Shown here piece by piece: positions 30,210 through 40,405 of a DNA stretch of 64,000 nt. Each line of letters begins with the position of its first letter. Position 1 is the stretch's first letter. The notes beneath the pieces are model-generated. The model did not search any database, was not told the DNA's origin, and saw only the letters and a list, made by a program, of their open reading frames with translations. The position numbers and the translations under genes are program-made. This stretch comes from Cyanobacteria bacterium P01_D01_bin.156 (GTDB lineage: Bacteria > Cyanobacteriota > Cyanobacteriia > Phormidesmidales > Phormidesmidaceae): the NCBI GenBank assembly GCA_039024555.1, contig JBCCQQ010000024.1, positions 15,149 to 79,148 on the forward strand, in the 5' to 3' direction.

Positions 30210-30364
30210 GCTACCCCTCAAAAATACTACGCGAGGAGGTAGCTACCATTGCGTATCACTTTCATTGGTCCCTGGAGAGTATATTAATGCTGAACCATGT
30301 GAGTCGCCGTCAGTGGTGTCAGTCGGCTAAACAACTCCATCAGCAGTCACAGGTTGGGGAGTAG
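30197..30364 (+). CDS. DUF6760-like frame in the -1 frame of the chaperone, lacking its own start codon
   Basis: Reads GYPSKILREEVATIAYHFHWSLESILMLNHVSRRQW...; in-frame TAG at 30176 and no ATG/GTG/TTG before the conserved motif. Confidence 0.7.
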   Translation, partial: GKALGYPSKILREEVATIAYHFHWSLESILMLNHVSRRQWCQSAKQLHQQSQVGE

Positions 30365-31487
30365 GAGAAGGCGAAGAGACAGGATCAGGGGAAGATGAAC
30401 TGGCAGGATGAACAATTTCCAGGTCATAGGTACAAAACGCTGGTTTTTCTTGTTCAATCAAGGCACGTATGGCAGCTTCATCCAAACTATCTAACTGTTC
30501 TTGGGTATCGGGGCTGAGAGTCACCCCAAAATCATAGGCTTTGCCCCCCCCTAAACAGGGCTGGTCACCCAGTGTGATATCACCAATGGCAAATTCTCGC
30601 TGACCGGGTTCTAATACTTCAATGTGTTGATATTCTAGACCGGTACACAGATGTAAACATAGTTTTAGACCTCGAGCCGTACCCCGCCATTGATAAATTT
30701 CAACGGCATGGCGAATCAGCCGTCGCTGTTGGCTGAGGGGCAAGCGAGGGTTCATGGGCCATGCAACCCAATGGGCCAAAAATGGGACTAATGCCCTAGG
30801 CGTAAGCAACGGATCTAAATAGGCCCAAAAATTTTCAGTAGCCTCATAGACAGGCTCAAAGGACTGCTCAGTAATATTCAAAAAACGCCCGAGAAAATCA
30901 GACTCCTGATAAAATTCAGGCAAAAACTTCTGATAAATCCGTTCAGAACGGGGATAGAGCTGAATTGTTTTGTAGGCAATAAGTTGCGCTGCTGAGTCCT
31001 GTTCAGGCTCAACAACACGGTGCAAAAATAACTCACTGCCGTAGGCTAAACTCAAGTTTGTTTGTTCACCTAAATCATTGTTATCTTCAAAAAAACTGTT
31101 GGGCAAGGTAAAGCCCAGATTGATGGACACCGTTTCCCGTGGTGGTAGTTGAAAATAGTCAGTACTAAACTTCAACGACTGTCGATTGGAAATTTCAACA
31201 TTCTCTAACCACGTTTCACACCATGCTTCATCTTGAGTAAATTTAGGCGATGGAACAGGGGTAAACCAACGATCTGGAAAATTCCCCTTTAACCCCACAC
31301 TTACCCATAGGGCTTGTTGACCATTATTCTTGATTTTTGCCGTAACTTCTGTGAGTTTCCCAGGGATTAGCAATACGTTCCCAGGTGCAGGCATTGAGGC
31401 ATCCGTCCCATTCAGCTGACTGTTCCAGTCAATGGGAGATGGGGTAGCTACGGTCAAATCGACATTGGGCGGTTGCAAGGAGACCAT
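30327..31487 (-). CDS. Baseplate wedge / phage tail protein (P2 gpI-like)
   Basis: FLPEFYQESDFLGRFL, YLDP, FLAHWV, YQWRGTARGL and EQEKPAF motifs. Confidence 0.85.
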   Translation of the reverse strand: MVSLQPPNVDLTVATPSPIDWNSQLNGTDASMPAPGNVLLIPGKLTEVTAKIKNNGQQALWVSVGLKGNFPDRWFTPVPSPKFTQDEAWCETWLENVEISNRQSLKFSTDYFQLPPRETVSINLGFTLPNSFFEDNNDLGEQTNLSLAYGSELFLHRVVEPEQDSAAQLIAYKTIQLYPRSERIYQKFLPEFYQESDFLGRFLNITEQSFEPVYEATENFWAYLDPLLTPRALVPFLAHWVAWPMNPRLPLSQQRRLIRHAVEIYQWRGTARGLKLCLHLCTGLEYQHIEVLEPGQREFAIGDITLGDQPCLGGGKAYDFGVTLSPDTQEQLDSLDEAAIRALIEQEKPAFCTYDLEIVHPASSSSPDPVSSPSPTPQPVTADGVV

Positions 31488-31497
31488 CGGCGGATAA

Positions 31498-33849
31498 TTA
31501 ACTATACACAAAGGTAACAATATGACCTGGATTGGTCTCGTCTTGCCATGAGGAGACCGTCTCTAATTCTCCTAAGGGAACGGTCATCATAGGGGTGGGA
31601 ATACGCATCCACCCAGTCGTTTCCTGATGTTGAAAACGTCGCCAACAAAATAGCTGCACCTGACCAACGGAACGAACCTCAGGATGATCTTGTAAAAGAG
31701 CGATCACATCCGATGTCTGTACAGATCTACCTAAGGGCCAGCCCTGTTGATCAAAACCACCCGTAATTGGATTTAAAAACTGGTATAGCTCCCTCTGTAA
31801 CTGTTGTTGTAGATAAGCAAGATCTGCTGATTGCTGTTGATATTGGGGCTGTAAATAGACCTCTGCAGATACGTGTACTCCCACATAGCTAGGCGGCTCA
31901 ATAGTGGCTTGAATACCCAGGGCTCGATGTAAGTTTAAGTGCTCTTGTAAAGGCTCTGCTAGGTCTACATTCAGATGTAATTGGTCTGGGTGCAGACCAT
32001 GGTCTAACGAATAAATATCAGCATGAGGAATGATTAGCAAACGGACAATACCGGGCGTAGTCAGGTGAGACGAGCGAACACAGTGGGCAAAGTAAACAGC
32101 GGTTCCCATATTGTGCTGTTTAGCAATGCGTTCAAAATCTTCAGGACTAATGGCTGTTTCTCGGGTACGAAGTAGTTCAGGGACGCGAATCATGGCTTGA
32201 TTTAACGATTCTGCATCTCGACCTCCTGTTGCTGCCTCATAATTAACCACCCGTTTCACATAGGGAATGGATGTTTTCAAGATACTCAAGGCACCTGCAC
32301 AGATATTTCCTCGACTACCCCCACCAACTCGATAGGTGGTCATGTAAATTTCCGCACCGATAGGAGGGACTTTGCCATACTGCCGTTCATCCAAGCGATC
32401 GGTAGGCTCTAAGACCGCTGGAATTGAAGGTTGTTCAAGCAGCGATGTTACTGATTTACGAATCCGACTAGGTCGCCCCCAAGACTGTACAGCAGCCCGC
32501 TCGTGAATTTTTTGCTGCAGCTGGTGGGGTTCGCGCAACAATGGGCCAAACTGTACTGTACCTGTATCGTTATTGATCAGATAGTGGGGATCATTAGCGC
32601 TAGATGCCCCAAAGTTATCAACCTCCTGCCACATTTCTAGAGGACCATTGGCAGATTCTACTTCGATATATTCTGTGGCAGGATGGCGTTTTAAGACAGG
32701 TCGTTTACTTAACTCAAATACCTGCCCAGGCTTACCGGTGCTTACCCCCAAAAGCTCTCTCTGGAGCTTTACACATTCACTAGCTGCAGTCACACCACCA
32801 ATGGAGCGCACGGCCACGCCTGTGATTTCAGGTGACCGCTGATAATTAAACTGTTGTACAGAATTTTGCCCCAATCTACTTCTAGGAGCCGTATACACAC
32901 AGCGAACCCAGTGCCCCGTATAGCTACCAAAGGTTGTTTCTGGCCATCTCTGAGGCATGTGCAGAATAACATCTGCGCCCTCTTGTTCTGGATTAGGTCC
33001 TGCTTGACCTAGTTTGTCGAAACTAAACCCTTTTGTTTTATCATCGACCTGTTCCCTAAGAATGCCATCCTGCCACTCTTGGCCATCCCAATACTGCCAG
33101 CTAAGGGGTGGATTGTTAGGATCAATGCCTGTAGTAACAGCCGCTGGACCACTAAAATTTAACGCTAAGACATTTCCTGGAAGCTGGTTAGAAATGTCCT
33201 CGGTCGCTTCTGCAGAAGTGGCTGTCGCCATACTTCCTGGTTGTTCAGAGCTTGCAGCGTCTAGAACAAAGTATGCACAGTTGCCGATGGAACAAGATTT
33301 AAACAGCTGTAGTGAGATGTCTAAATTTGCAGAGTCTTGATTTGTACGGAGCACATTATCCAGCTCTCCATCGGTCGGTATCTGCAAGGGCTCAACCCCC
33401 AGCAATAGATGTTTTATGCAGGGGATACCAATGACTAAAGGCTGCTCAGTGGTAAAAACAATCGCTGGTTGATTCTCGGTTCGTACCGTTGCCACCTCGG
33501 TACCAGCGGGGATAACTTTGGCTGTAGTTTGGGCCTTAGTTAAATAAAAGGTTACCTGGGTACGGGCAGGGTTGGGTGGCTGCAGACGAATCCCCAACAA
33601 TTCTAAAAAGGCTACATAATGACGGGTAGGAACCTGATTAAACCGATAGAGCATCTGATGCACTAACCAAGCAAATAGCTCTATCAGGGTTACGCCCGGA
33701 TCTCCAGCATTGTAGTTGGTCCATTCAGGACAATAACGGGGAATGCGGAGCAAACATTCTTCCACCAGCTCATCAAAGGTGCGATCATCCAAGTTTGCCT
33801 TGGGTAAATCGGGCAAGTAGTCGGTAGCAGTTGGAAAATCGGGTTCCAT
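31498..33849 (-). CDS. Baseplate assembly protein (gpJ / Afp11-like)
   Basis: LDDRTF, PEWTNYNAGDPGVTLIELFAW, GGRDAES and GWPLGR motifs. Confidence 0.9.
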   Translation of the reverse strand: MEPDFPTATDYLPDLPKANLDDRTFDELVEECLLRIPRYCPEWTNYNAGDPGVTLIELFAWLVHQMLYRFNQVPTRHYVAFLELLGIRLQPPNPARTQVTFYLTKAQTTAKVIPAGTEVATVRTENQPAIVFTTEQPLVIGIPCIKHLLLGVEPLQIPTDGELDNVLRTNQDSANLDISLQLFKSCSIGNCAYFVLDAASSEQPGSMATATSAEATEDISNQLPGNVLALNFSGPAAVTTGIDPNNPPLSWQYWDGQEWQDGILREQVDDKTKGFSFDKLGQAGPNPEQEGADVILHMPQRWPETTFGSYTGHWVRCVYTAPRSRLGQNSVQQFNYQRSPEITGVAVRSIGGVTAASECVKLQRELLGVSTGKPGQVFELSKRPVLKRHPATEYIEVESANGPLEMWQEVDNFGASSANDPHYLINNDTGTVQFGPLLREPHQLQQKIHERAAVQSWGRPSRIRKSVTSLLEQPSIPAVLEPTDRLDERQYGKVPPIGAEIYMTTYRVGGGSRGNICAGALSILKTSIPYVKRVVNYEAATGGRDAESLNQAMIRVPELLRTRETAISPEDFERIAKQHNMGTAVYFAHCVRSSHLTTPGIVRLLIIPHADIYSLDHGLHPDQLHLNVDLAEPLQEHLNLHRALGIQATIEPPSYVGVHVSAEVYLQPQYQQQSADLAYLQQQLQRELYQFLNPITGGFDQQGWPLGRSVQTSDVIALLQDHPEVRSVGQVQLFCWRRFQHQETTGWMRIPTPMMTVPLGELETVSSWQDETNPGHIVTFVYS

Positions 33850-33884
33850 TGGCAGGCTCTATCGAAGAAAAGAAAAATAAGGGG

Positions 33885-34310
33885 CTACAGATCGGCAACA
33901 GTTTCAGGAGGCAACAAATAAAAAGGATAGACTATACTGCGGGTGTCATAGCTGTCTTTAGGTTGATACACAATGGTGATATCAACCTGACCACTGCTAG
34001 GATCAGGCTCTGTCAAAATGTTGAGTAAATCAATCCGAGGCTCCCAGATTTCTAGAGCTTCACGCACATAGAGGCGAATTAATGACAATGTTTCCGTATT
34101 CATGGGTTCAAAGACTAACTCGGATAGCCGTGAACCAAAATTAGGACGATACACCCGCTCTCCTAACCGCGTTCTTAGAATAATTGTGATAGCCTCTTCC
34201 AGATTTCTAGCGCCATGGCTAAGCTGGAAACTACCCTGGGCATTGGTATGAATTGGACAGGCAAGGCCAGCACCAATATGAGACGGTGAGAAGTCATTAT
34301 TGAGAGCCAT
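33885..34310 (-). CDS. GPW/gp25 family baseplate protein
   Basis: ILRTRLGERVYRPNFGSRL, WEPRI and VYPFYL motifs. Confidence 0.92.
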   Translation of the reverse strand: MALNNDFSPSHIGAGLACPIHTNAQGSFQLSHGARNLEEAITIILRTRLGERVYRPNFGSRLSELVFEPMNTETLSLIRLYVREALEIWEPRIDLLNILTEPDPSSGQVDITIVYQPKDSYDTRSIVYPFYLLPPETVADL

Positions 34311-34319
34311 TGCTGTGTA

Positions 34320-34763
34320 TTACCCTCCAATTTGAACAGTAGGGCAACCCATCATGATGGTGTTAGGTGCTGGAGCTAAAATCTCTTGAATAGTGTCACC
34401 TTGGCGACAAGCAGGTAAACCATTAATCATTACGGTTGTACTACCCGTAATGACAAATCCTGGACCATCAACTGTTACGGGACTAGAAGGCTGGGCACAT
34501 GCATGAATATCAGCTCCGCCTCCAGCTGCTAGCATGGCTTCCTCTGCTGCTGCTTGCTGAGCGGCGCCAGCTTCTTCTTCAGTTTGCCCTTCTTCAGGTT
34601 CAGGAGCTGGAGGTGGCTCAGGTAAACTTGCACCTGCAGGTAAACCTCGCCAAGCCGGCAGTCCGCCAATTTTTACATCTGGACTACCTGGACCTGGCAG
34701 CAGTACACCAGGTAGAGGATGTGCAACTTTATCACCAAGCCGAGCAGCAGGTTTTCCCATCAT
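34320..34763 (-). CDS. PAAR spike-tip protein
   Basis: KPAARLGD, GLPAWR, GLPACRQGD and GCPTVQIGG; Pro/Glu-rich insertion in the middle. Confidence 0.92.
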   Translation of the reverse strand: MMGKPAARLGDKVAHPLPGVLLPGPGSPDVKIGGLPAWRGLPAGASLPEPPPAPEPEEGQTEEEAGAAQQAAAEEAMLAAGGGADIHACAQPSSPVTVDGPGFVITGSTTVMINGLPACRQGDTIQEILAPAPNTIMMGCPTVQIGG

Positions 34764-34812
34764 GAGTACCTCAGTTTCAACAAAAATAACCTAATAAAAA
34801 CATTACAGACTC

Positions 34813-36525
34813 TTAATTAAGCATGATCATTTTTCCGTTAATGGTTATCTGACCTTTGGCTTGAATAGAAATATCTCCTGTTGAGTTCATAGCAATACTC
34901 TTTCCTTTATCGTTTAGGCAGAGCTTATGCCCACCTGACGTAGTCAGCTCCATCATTTGGCCACTATCATTTAAACTTAATTTGTGGCCCCCTGTAGTCT
35001 CTATGTAGACCCCAGCCTTAGTATCTTGATCTTCTTCAACAAACTGAATTTTATGCCCTGTTCGGGTTTGAATGGTCCTTAAGCGAACTTTGCCATCCTG
35101 CACATTTTTACTAACAGGATTCGGCGGAGCATCCGCTCCGTTCCACACCCCTCCCAGAATGTAGGGGCGATGAATATCTCCATGCTCAAAGGCGACTAAA
35201 ACTTCATCATCAATTTCTGGTAGACAGTCAAACCCTCGACTGTTACCTGCCCCCATACTGACTACACGAGCCCAGTTGCTGTTGTGTTCTTCAGTTAATG
35301 TGGGAAATTTTACCTTCACACGACCCAGCTCATCCGGATCCTCATTGTCAGTGACAATGCCTACCAATAGTGTTTGCCCTGGACGCAGCGGAGATTCGGG
35401 TGTTAAGCGCTCTGTTAAATCGCCACCCCGTAAACCGCGCACACTAAATTCAGTATCATAGACGCGACTGATATAGGTATGACGGGTTTCTGTTACGTAG
35501 TATTCACCAGTGTAGGGACCTAATTCTTTTAACTCGACCATGCGGCCAGGACGAATTTCAGGATTTCCCTCGGCTATGGCATCCCCCATGACAAACTGTC
35601 CGCTGATTTCATCACAGACAGCCTGGGCCATGGCGTCAGCCTCTTTGCGTTTAAAGACGGGCTGATCGACAACAATTCGTTTCGGTTCCTGTGGCTTTTC
35701 AAACGCCTGACTAACCTTGATGCCAGACTCTTCGGAACTCTCGATCTTCGTTAGCAGCTGTTCTTTATCAGCAGTCGCCACAATCGATTCTTTTGTGGTG
35801 TAGTCCCAGCCTCGCACCTCTACGGATTTTACCTGTTCTGCACTGGTAATCTGAACATGAAAACTGCGAACATCTTGCAGCCAGGTGAGTTCTAGAGTTT
35901 GTTCAGATTTAGGTTTCCGAAAGTTGAGCTTGCCATCGCGAACAAATAGCTCAAACCCAATACGGGCAGCTCGATGGCGTAAAAAGGCCATATTGGTTTG
36001 GTTCTCTTGAAAAATATAATCGTGGGGTTCGCCGCTATCATCCAGCTGATCAAGTTCAATTCCTACTTCATCAGCAATTTTTTCGACCACATCGCTATCG
36101 GTCATATTCTGAAACGAGCGACTATGATAGCCTCGATGGAGCCGGTGGGAGTGATCGTAAGCTTTAATAATGATTGGAGCTTGGGTTTGCTCTGTAAATT
36201 GGGTTTCTATGCCAGTAATCTCTCCTTGGAAAAGAGGATCAAGGTTTTCAGGTTCAGATTTCTTTTTGTTTTGTGTCTTGGATTCAATTTGACTGGCACT
36301 TAATGATATAGCAATAGGCTTTCCAATTCGAAAGGGTTCTTGCCGTTCCCATGGTTCATCTTTAGATGAGCCAGATTGATAGTCATTACGAATGACTAAT
36401 GTTAGATTACCAGGACGATGCAAACTCTCTTCAACAATAATTTGAAGGACATTTTCTAAGATATCTTTTGATACCTTCTCATTATCCACTTTGATATCAG
36501 GTAGAGAGTGATAGTTGGTCGCCAT
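34813..36525 (-). CDS. vgrG: VgrG-like spike protein
   Basis: QENQTNMAFL, DPDELGRVKVKFP, WARV and LPEIDDEVLVAFEHGD motifs. Confidence 0.9.
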   Translation of the reverse strand: MATNYHSLPDIKVDNEKVSKDILENVLQIIVEESLHRPGNLTLVIRNDYQSGSSKDEPWERQEPFRIGKPIAISLSASQIESKTQNKKKSEPENLDPLFQGEITGIETQFTEQTQAPIIIKAYDHSHRLHRGYHSRSFQNMTDSDVVEKIADEVGIELDQLDDSGEPHDYIFQENQTNMAFLRHRAARIGFELFVRDGKLNFRKPKSEQTLELTWLQDVRSFHVQITSAEQVKSVEVRGWDYTTKESIVATADKEQLLTKIESSEESGIKVSQAFEKPQEPKRIVVDQPVFKRKEADAMAQAVCDEISGQFVMGDAIAEGNPEIRPGRMVELKELGPYTGEYYVTETRHTYISRVYDTEFSVRGLRGGDLTERLTPESPLRPGQTLLVGIVTDNEDPDELGRVKVKFPTLTEEHNSNWARVVSMGAGNSRGFDCLPEIDDEVLVAFEHGDIHRPYILGGVWNGADAPPNPVSKNVQDGKVRLRTIQTRTGHKIQFVEEDQDTKAGVYIETTGGHKLSLNDSGQMMELTTSGGHKLCLNDKGKSIAMNSTGDISIQAKGQITINGKMIMLN

Positions 36526-36616
36526 AGAGATGCTGCAGAAGGTGACACATTTGATTGCTACTGAGCTTATAATGAATTAATATTTATCACTTTTATGAGT
36601 GTTGGAATAATTATTC

Positions 36617-37153
36617 TTAGCTACGAGTTTGCCGATTATCACCCGTAGGGTTTGGCGATGTCTCTCTTTGTTGATCTGCCCTATCTGATGGTTTTTCAGC
36701 TTCCTTAAGACCTAAAGTTTCAATTACAGCTCGTACTGGGGTACCATCAGGCATGAATTTTGTAAGACGATAGTTTAACTGCGCAATAAAGCATTCTGCT
36801 AAATAATCATTATGAGGACCCCACTGAAAAAGATACGTTGGAGGATGCTGCTCATTGTCCTTATTCTTAGTGAACGTAACAGCATCAATGAAATTCTGAA
36901 GATATGTTGTTATGACATCCTTTCCTGTTTCATAAGTGTCAAACCAAATATCCTTAATAATGAGTTCCTTGGGTGGTAAATCACTAAAGCTAACCCAAGG
37001 ACGTCCAGATACTTCTGAACGAGCACCAGGATTATCGACTGTATTAACCTTGTTAACAAATGAAAGTTCCTTCGGGTTAAACATAAATACAAGTTCTGTA
37101 GGAGCACCTGTACGAGGAACAAGCTTTGCTTTAGTGAGTGTGGGTTCGGCCAT
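36617..37153 (-). CDS. CIS tube initiator protein (Afp7-like, no LysM seen)
   Basis: FMFNPKEL, FDTYE, PP..LFQWG and FMPDGTPVRA motifs. Confidence 0.8.
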   Translation of the reverse strand: MAEPTLTKAKLVPRTGAPTELVFMFNPKELSFVNKVNTVDNPGARSEVSGRPWVSFSDLPPKELIIKDIWFDTYETGKDVITTYLQNFIDAVTFTKNKDNEQHPPTYLFQWGPHNDYLAECFIAQLNYRLTKFMPDGTPVRAVIETLGLKEAEKPSDRADQQRETSPNPTGDNRQTRS

Positions 37154-37178
37154 GGTGTGATCGCAAACTAACTAACAA

Positions 37179-39905
37179 CTAAATAAACCTAGACAACCGA
37201 GCACTACGTTCGAAATTTTGGCGTAGCCGGTTTTGTAACTGTAGCCGCACGTGGGTGGCTAGCTGGTGCATGGGAGGAGGCCACAAGGCCAGGGGTAGAT
37301 GAGTTATTTTATTCTGTTCCGACTGAATTGGTATCAGACTAGGGCTAGCCCGTTGAAAGTTAGAGGAGGTTAGTTGAGATTGCCCCCCCCGATCATTTCG
37401 TAGTTCACCATACAAAATATACGCCAACTGCCACAGTATCCGATCCTCCTCCTCACCAGACGATCCATGGGCGCTTCCCTCCTCAGCCAACTCAACTGTA
37501 GTATCAGGAACTGATAGTGACACGGTCTGCATTTGAGGCTCATGAGCCTCAATATCGTCTGTTTCAGCAGCCGGAGTTTCTAACCCCTGTAGAGCATTCT
37601 CTCTACCTGAGGTTAAGGACGCCGGAGACCAGAAGCTATCATCTGGTTCATCTAAACCATATTTAGACGAGAGTGCCGCTAGTTTAGGAGACAGTAACCC
37701 CGTCTCTTGTACTTGGGATTGCGTTTTCTGTATGGCTGGTAAATCGGTAATGTCTGCTGACACCGTTTCTGGCAGTGGGTTAGGACTCTCCTTGAATGCA
37801 TCAACCAATAGTTCATGCATTCCCAACGGTTGAATCGCTGGGGCCGATAACAGTTTTGCTTGAATGGGAGGAAGATCTGCGGGTGCCGATACTTGCGGTG
37901 AAACCTCTTGTCTGTCAGCTGACTCTGATTCACCCCGTGATGCACTGTCGTCAGATTGTGTAGAGGGTGCAGGCGACTGCTGCAACTGGGCCTGTAGATT
38001 TGCTTCGTTTTGAGAAGACAGTGTTTCGTCTGGCGATATGTTCTGAGCTCCTTCTACAGGAAAAGGAGGGGAGATTTGCTCAGGGTCAACCCTGGCCTCC
38101 AGGAAAGGTTGCTCAGGAGAGGTTGGTAATGCCTCAACCTGTTTTTGCTGTATGGTTTGTTCAGGGGGGGCAACGTGATGTGGTAGCTGAGTTTCAGGAG
38201 CAGAAAGCTCAGAGATTTTTGACTCCTGGGATAAGTCAGGTGACTCTAACGGTTGAAATGTTTCTGTGGGCTCAGAACTGGGGGGAGATGTCTCCGGCAG
38301 GGCTAAATGTTGAGCTTGTACATCAGTCAGCTTTGCAGTACTAATATCGTTTGGCCTATTCTTAGGGGGAACCTCTTGAGCCGATATTTCTGGCATCCCC
38401 TGAGGGGTATCGACAGGGGCAGAATCATTATCAGATAAGGGCAACTCTACAGCAGGCTGATATAAATCCTCAGATTGGTCTGGTGCTGGCTGAGCGTCGC
38501 TAAATTGCTCAGCCCTAGATTGAACAGATTGAACAACGTCTACGCCATCATTGGCAGTAGATTCAGAACGCCGTTGCAGAGCGTTTGGGCCATCGGCGGC
38601 AGGAGTTACAGAACCTGGTTCGAGTTTAGGAGACTCAGAGAAAGATTGCAGTTCACCTAAAGCAGGCTGAATAACAGCTGGCAATTCTTCCGAAACAGGT
38701 TGAATTGGCGGTGATAGTTCTGGGGATTCGATATCAGGGTCAGATTGCTCAGCAGACGATCGTTGTAGGGATGACTGGGATTGCTGTGTAACATCCGGAC
38801 CCACATTAGGGGTAACATCCGTTGTTTCTATGGGGGGGCTGGCTGGAACAATTTCATCTGTATCGGGTAGCGATGAGGATTTTGGGTTGACCTCTATGGG
38901 AGTAACATCAGTAATCTGGCTGTCCAAGCGATCGGTGGATGTCTCAATATCAGGAGAAACCGCTGGGGAGCGTTGAATAGGATCAACTATCTCTGTAATA
39001 TCGGTGGTAAGAGCATCAGCTATGCTAGAACTCTCTTGCGTTGGTTCTGGATCTAGCGGAGCATTATTGTCAGATAGGAGGGCAGCTTGCTGATTGTCCG
39101 CAAGCTCGACCTCAGATGATGGAAGGGAAGGACTACGCTGAATAGGTGTAGGGTTGTCTACTGTCTCAGTGCCTATAGGAGCATCCTCAACAGCATCGGC
39201 TGCAGAAATTTCAGCTCTATTAATGTGGTCTGAGGTAAGTGCTGCTTCAGGAGCTATTGAGACAGTAACATTACTTGGAGTTTGGGATTGTTGAGCAATA
39301 GAACTCTCGGGTTCAGTGGATGTTGCAGCGGAGCGGGGGTGAATAGGCGGGGCAATATCTGCAGGGGGTTCTGTAATGACAGGTTGGTTAAACCCAAGGG
39401 GCTGATGCTGGCCAAGGGGCTGTCGCTGCAGCGGGCTGATTGCGGGTAAAGTATTTGCTGAAATATCCTCAGCTTGATTCTCCGCTAATCTTTCTATTGT
39501 TAAGGAAATTGTTTTCTCAGAGATAGTGTCTGAAACATCACTATCTTTTGGACTAGCGGCTGACTGCTCTATCTGGAAAGAACTCTCACTTGATTCTTGC
39601 CTGAGGGGTTGAATATCTGGCTGCGGAGTCAGAGAAGTTTGCTGGAGCTCGCTAAATAGTGGACTTGTAGCATCTATGCCATCTGTAAAGTTGGAAAATC
39701 CTGAACCATCTCCTAATTCGGCAGGTAATCCTACCAGTTGAGCTGCCTGACGTAGTGGTTTAGTTTGAACTGATGATGGTTGGTCTGTTTTAAATAAATG
39801 ACCTAAAGGATATACCTGCCATTGAGTATGCCTGTGGGAAGGATGCCACCCAAGCGGAGGGAAACTAGGATCAATTGAGGAGGACTCTGCTGGGATAGTG
39901 GCCAT
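37179..39905 (-). CDS. Large low-complexity Pro/Ser/Glu/Gln-rich CIS-associated protein
   Basis: 908 aa inside the structural operon; recurring IQR/LQR and PLG motifs; short helical C-terminus. Confidence 0.7.
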   Translation of the reverse strand: MATIPAESSSIDPSFPPLGWHPSHRHTQWQVYPLGHLFKTDQPSSVQTKPLRQAAQLVGLPAELGDGSGFSNFTDGIDATSPLFSELQQTSLTPQPDIQPLRQESSESSFQIEQSAASPKDSDVSDTISEKTISLTIERLAENQAEDISANTLPAISPLQRQPLGQHQPLGFNQPVITEPPADIAPPIHPRSAATSTEPESSIAQQSQTPSNVTVSIAPEAALTSDHINRAEISAADAVEDAPIGTETVDNPTPIQRSPSLPSSEVELADNQQAALLSDNNAPLDPEPTQESSSIADALTTDITEIVDPIQRSPAVSPDIETSTDRLDSQITDVTPIEVNPKSSSLPDTDEIVPASPPIETTDVTPNVGPDVTQQSQSSLQRSSAEQSDPDIESPELSPPIQPVSEELPAVIQPALGELQSFSESPKLEPGSVTPAADGPNALQRRSESTANDGVDVVQSVQSRAEQFSDAQPAPDQSEDLYQPAVELPLSDNDSAPVDTPQGMPEISAQEVPPKNRPNDISTAKLTDVQAQHLALPETSPPSSEPTETFQPLESPDLSQESKISELSAPETQLPHHVAPPEQTIQQKQVEALPTSPEQPFLEARVDPEQISPPFPVEGAQNISPDETLSSQNEANLQAQLQQSPAPSTQSDDSASRGESESADRQEVSPQVSAPADLPPIQAKLLSAPAIQPLGMHELLVDAFKESPNPLPETVSADITDLPAIQKTQSQVQETGLLSPKLAALSSKYGLDEPDDSFWSPASLTSGRENALQGLETPAAETDDIEAHEPQMQTVSLSVPDTTVELAEEGSAHGSSGEEEDRILWQLAYILYGELRNDRGGQSQLTSSNFQRASPSLIPIQSEQNKITHLPLALWPPPMHQLATHVRLQLQNRLRQNFERSARLSRFI

Positions 39906-40405
39906 TAGTTATCTCCCACAAAGTATCCTGTATCCGTCCTGCCTTTGGTGTGTTTATCAGTATCACCACCCTCTTTATCGATTTTTAATCCTTCGTAGGC
40001 CAGCGTGAGTTCCTCTAGGGCAACGCTCTCTGCACTTGCCTGCAGAGCATCCGCTTTCCACCCCACCGGGATTGCCCCTACTAAAGTCCAAGCTTGCATA
40101 GTGTCACCCGCCTGGTTAAAAAGCAAAATGCTAACATTTCGCCGTTGTTGTGAGGTATTGGTGAGAACGGCTTTGATCCATTGCCAAAAGTCCGCGTTAT
40201 CAGTAATGCCACGCTTAAGAACAACATTAGAAAACTCAGGATTGTCCAGAAAAAAGCGCTGCTGACCGTTAACACCTCCTTCTACAATAGACTGGGTTTT
40301 TAGGGTGACACCAATGCCTGAACATTCACTAAATGAAGCGGAAATTAAACCATCAATTTCCACATAGAAACGATTGGCGGTGACATAGTTAAAGGTTTCT
40401 GTCAT
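39905..40405 (-). CDS. Tail tube protein paralogue (T4 gp19-like)
   Basis: RFYVEIDG, FSECSG, EGGVN, LKRGIT and VALEELTLAYEG motifs. Confidence 0.9.
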   Translation of the reverse strand: MTETFNYVTANRFYVEIDGLISASFSECSGIGVTLKTQSIVEGGVNGQQRFFLDNPEFSNVVLKRGITDNADFWQWIKAVLTNTSQQRRNVSILLFNQAGDTMQAWTLVGAIPVGWKADALQASAESVALEELTLAYEGLKIDKEGGDTDKHTKGRTDTGYFVGDN

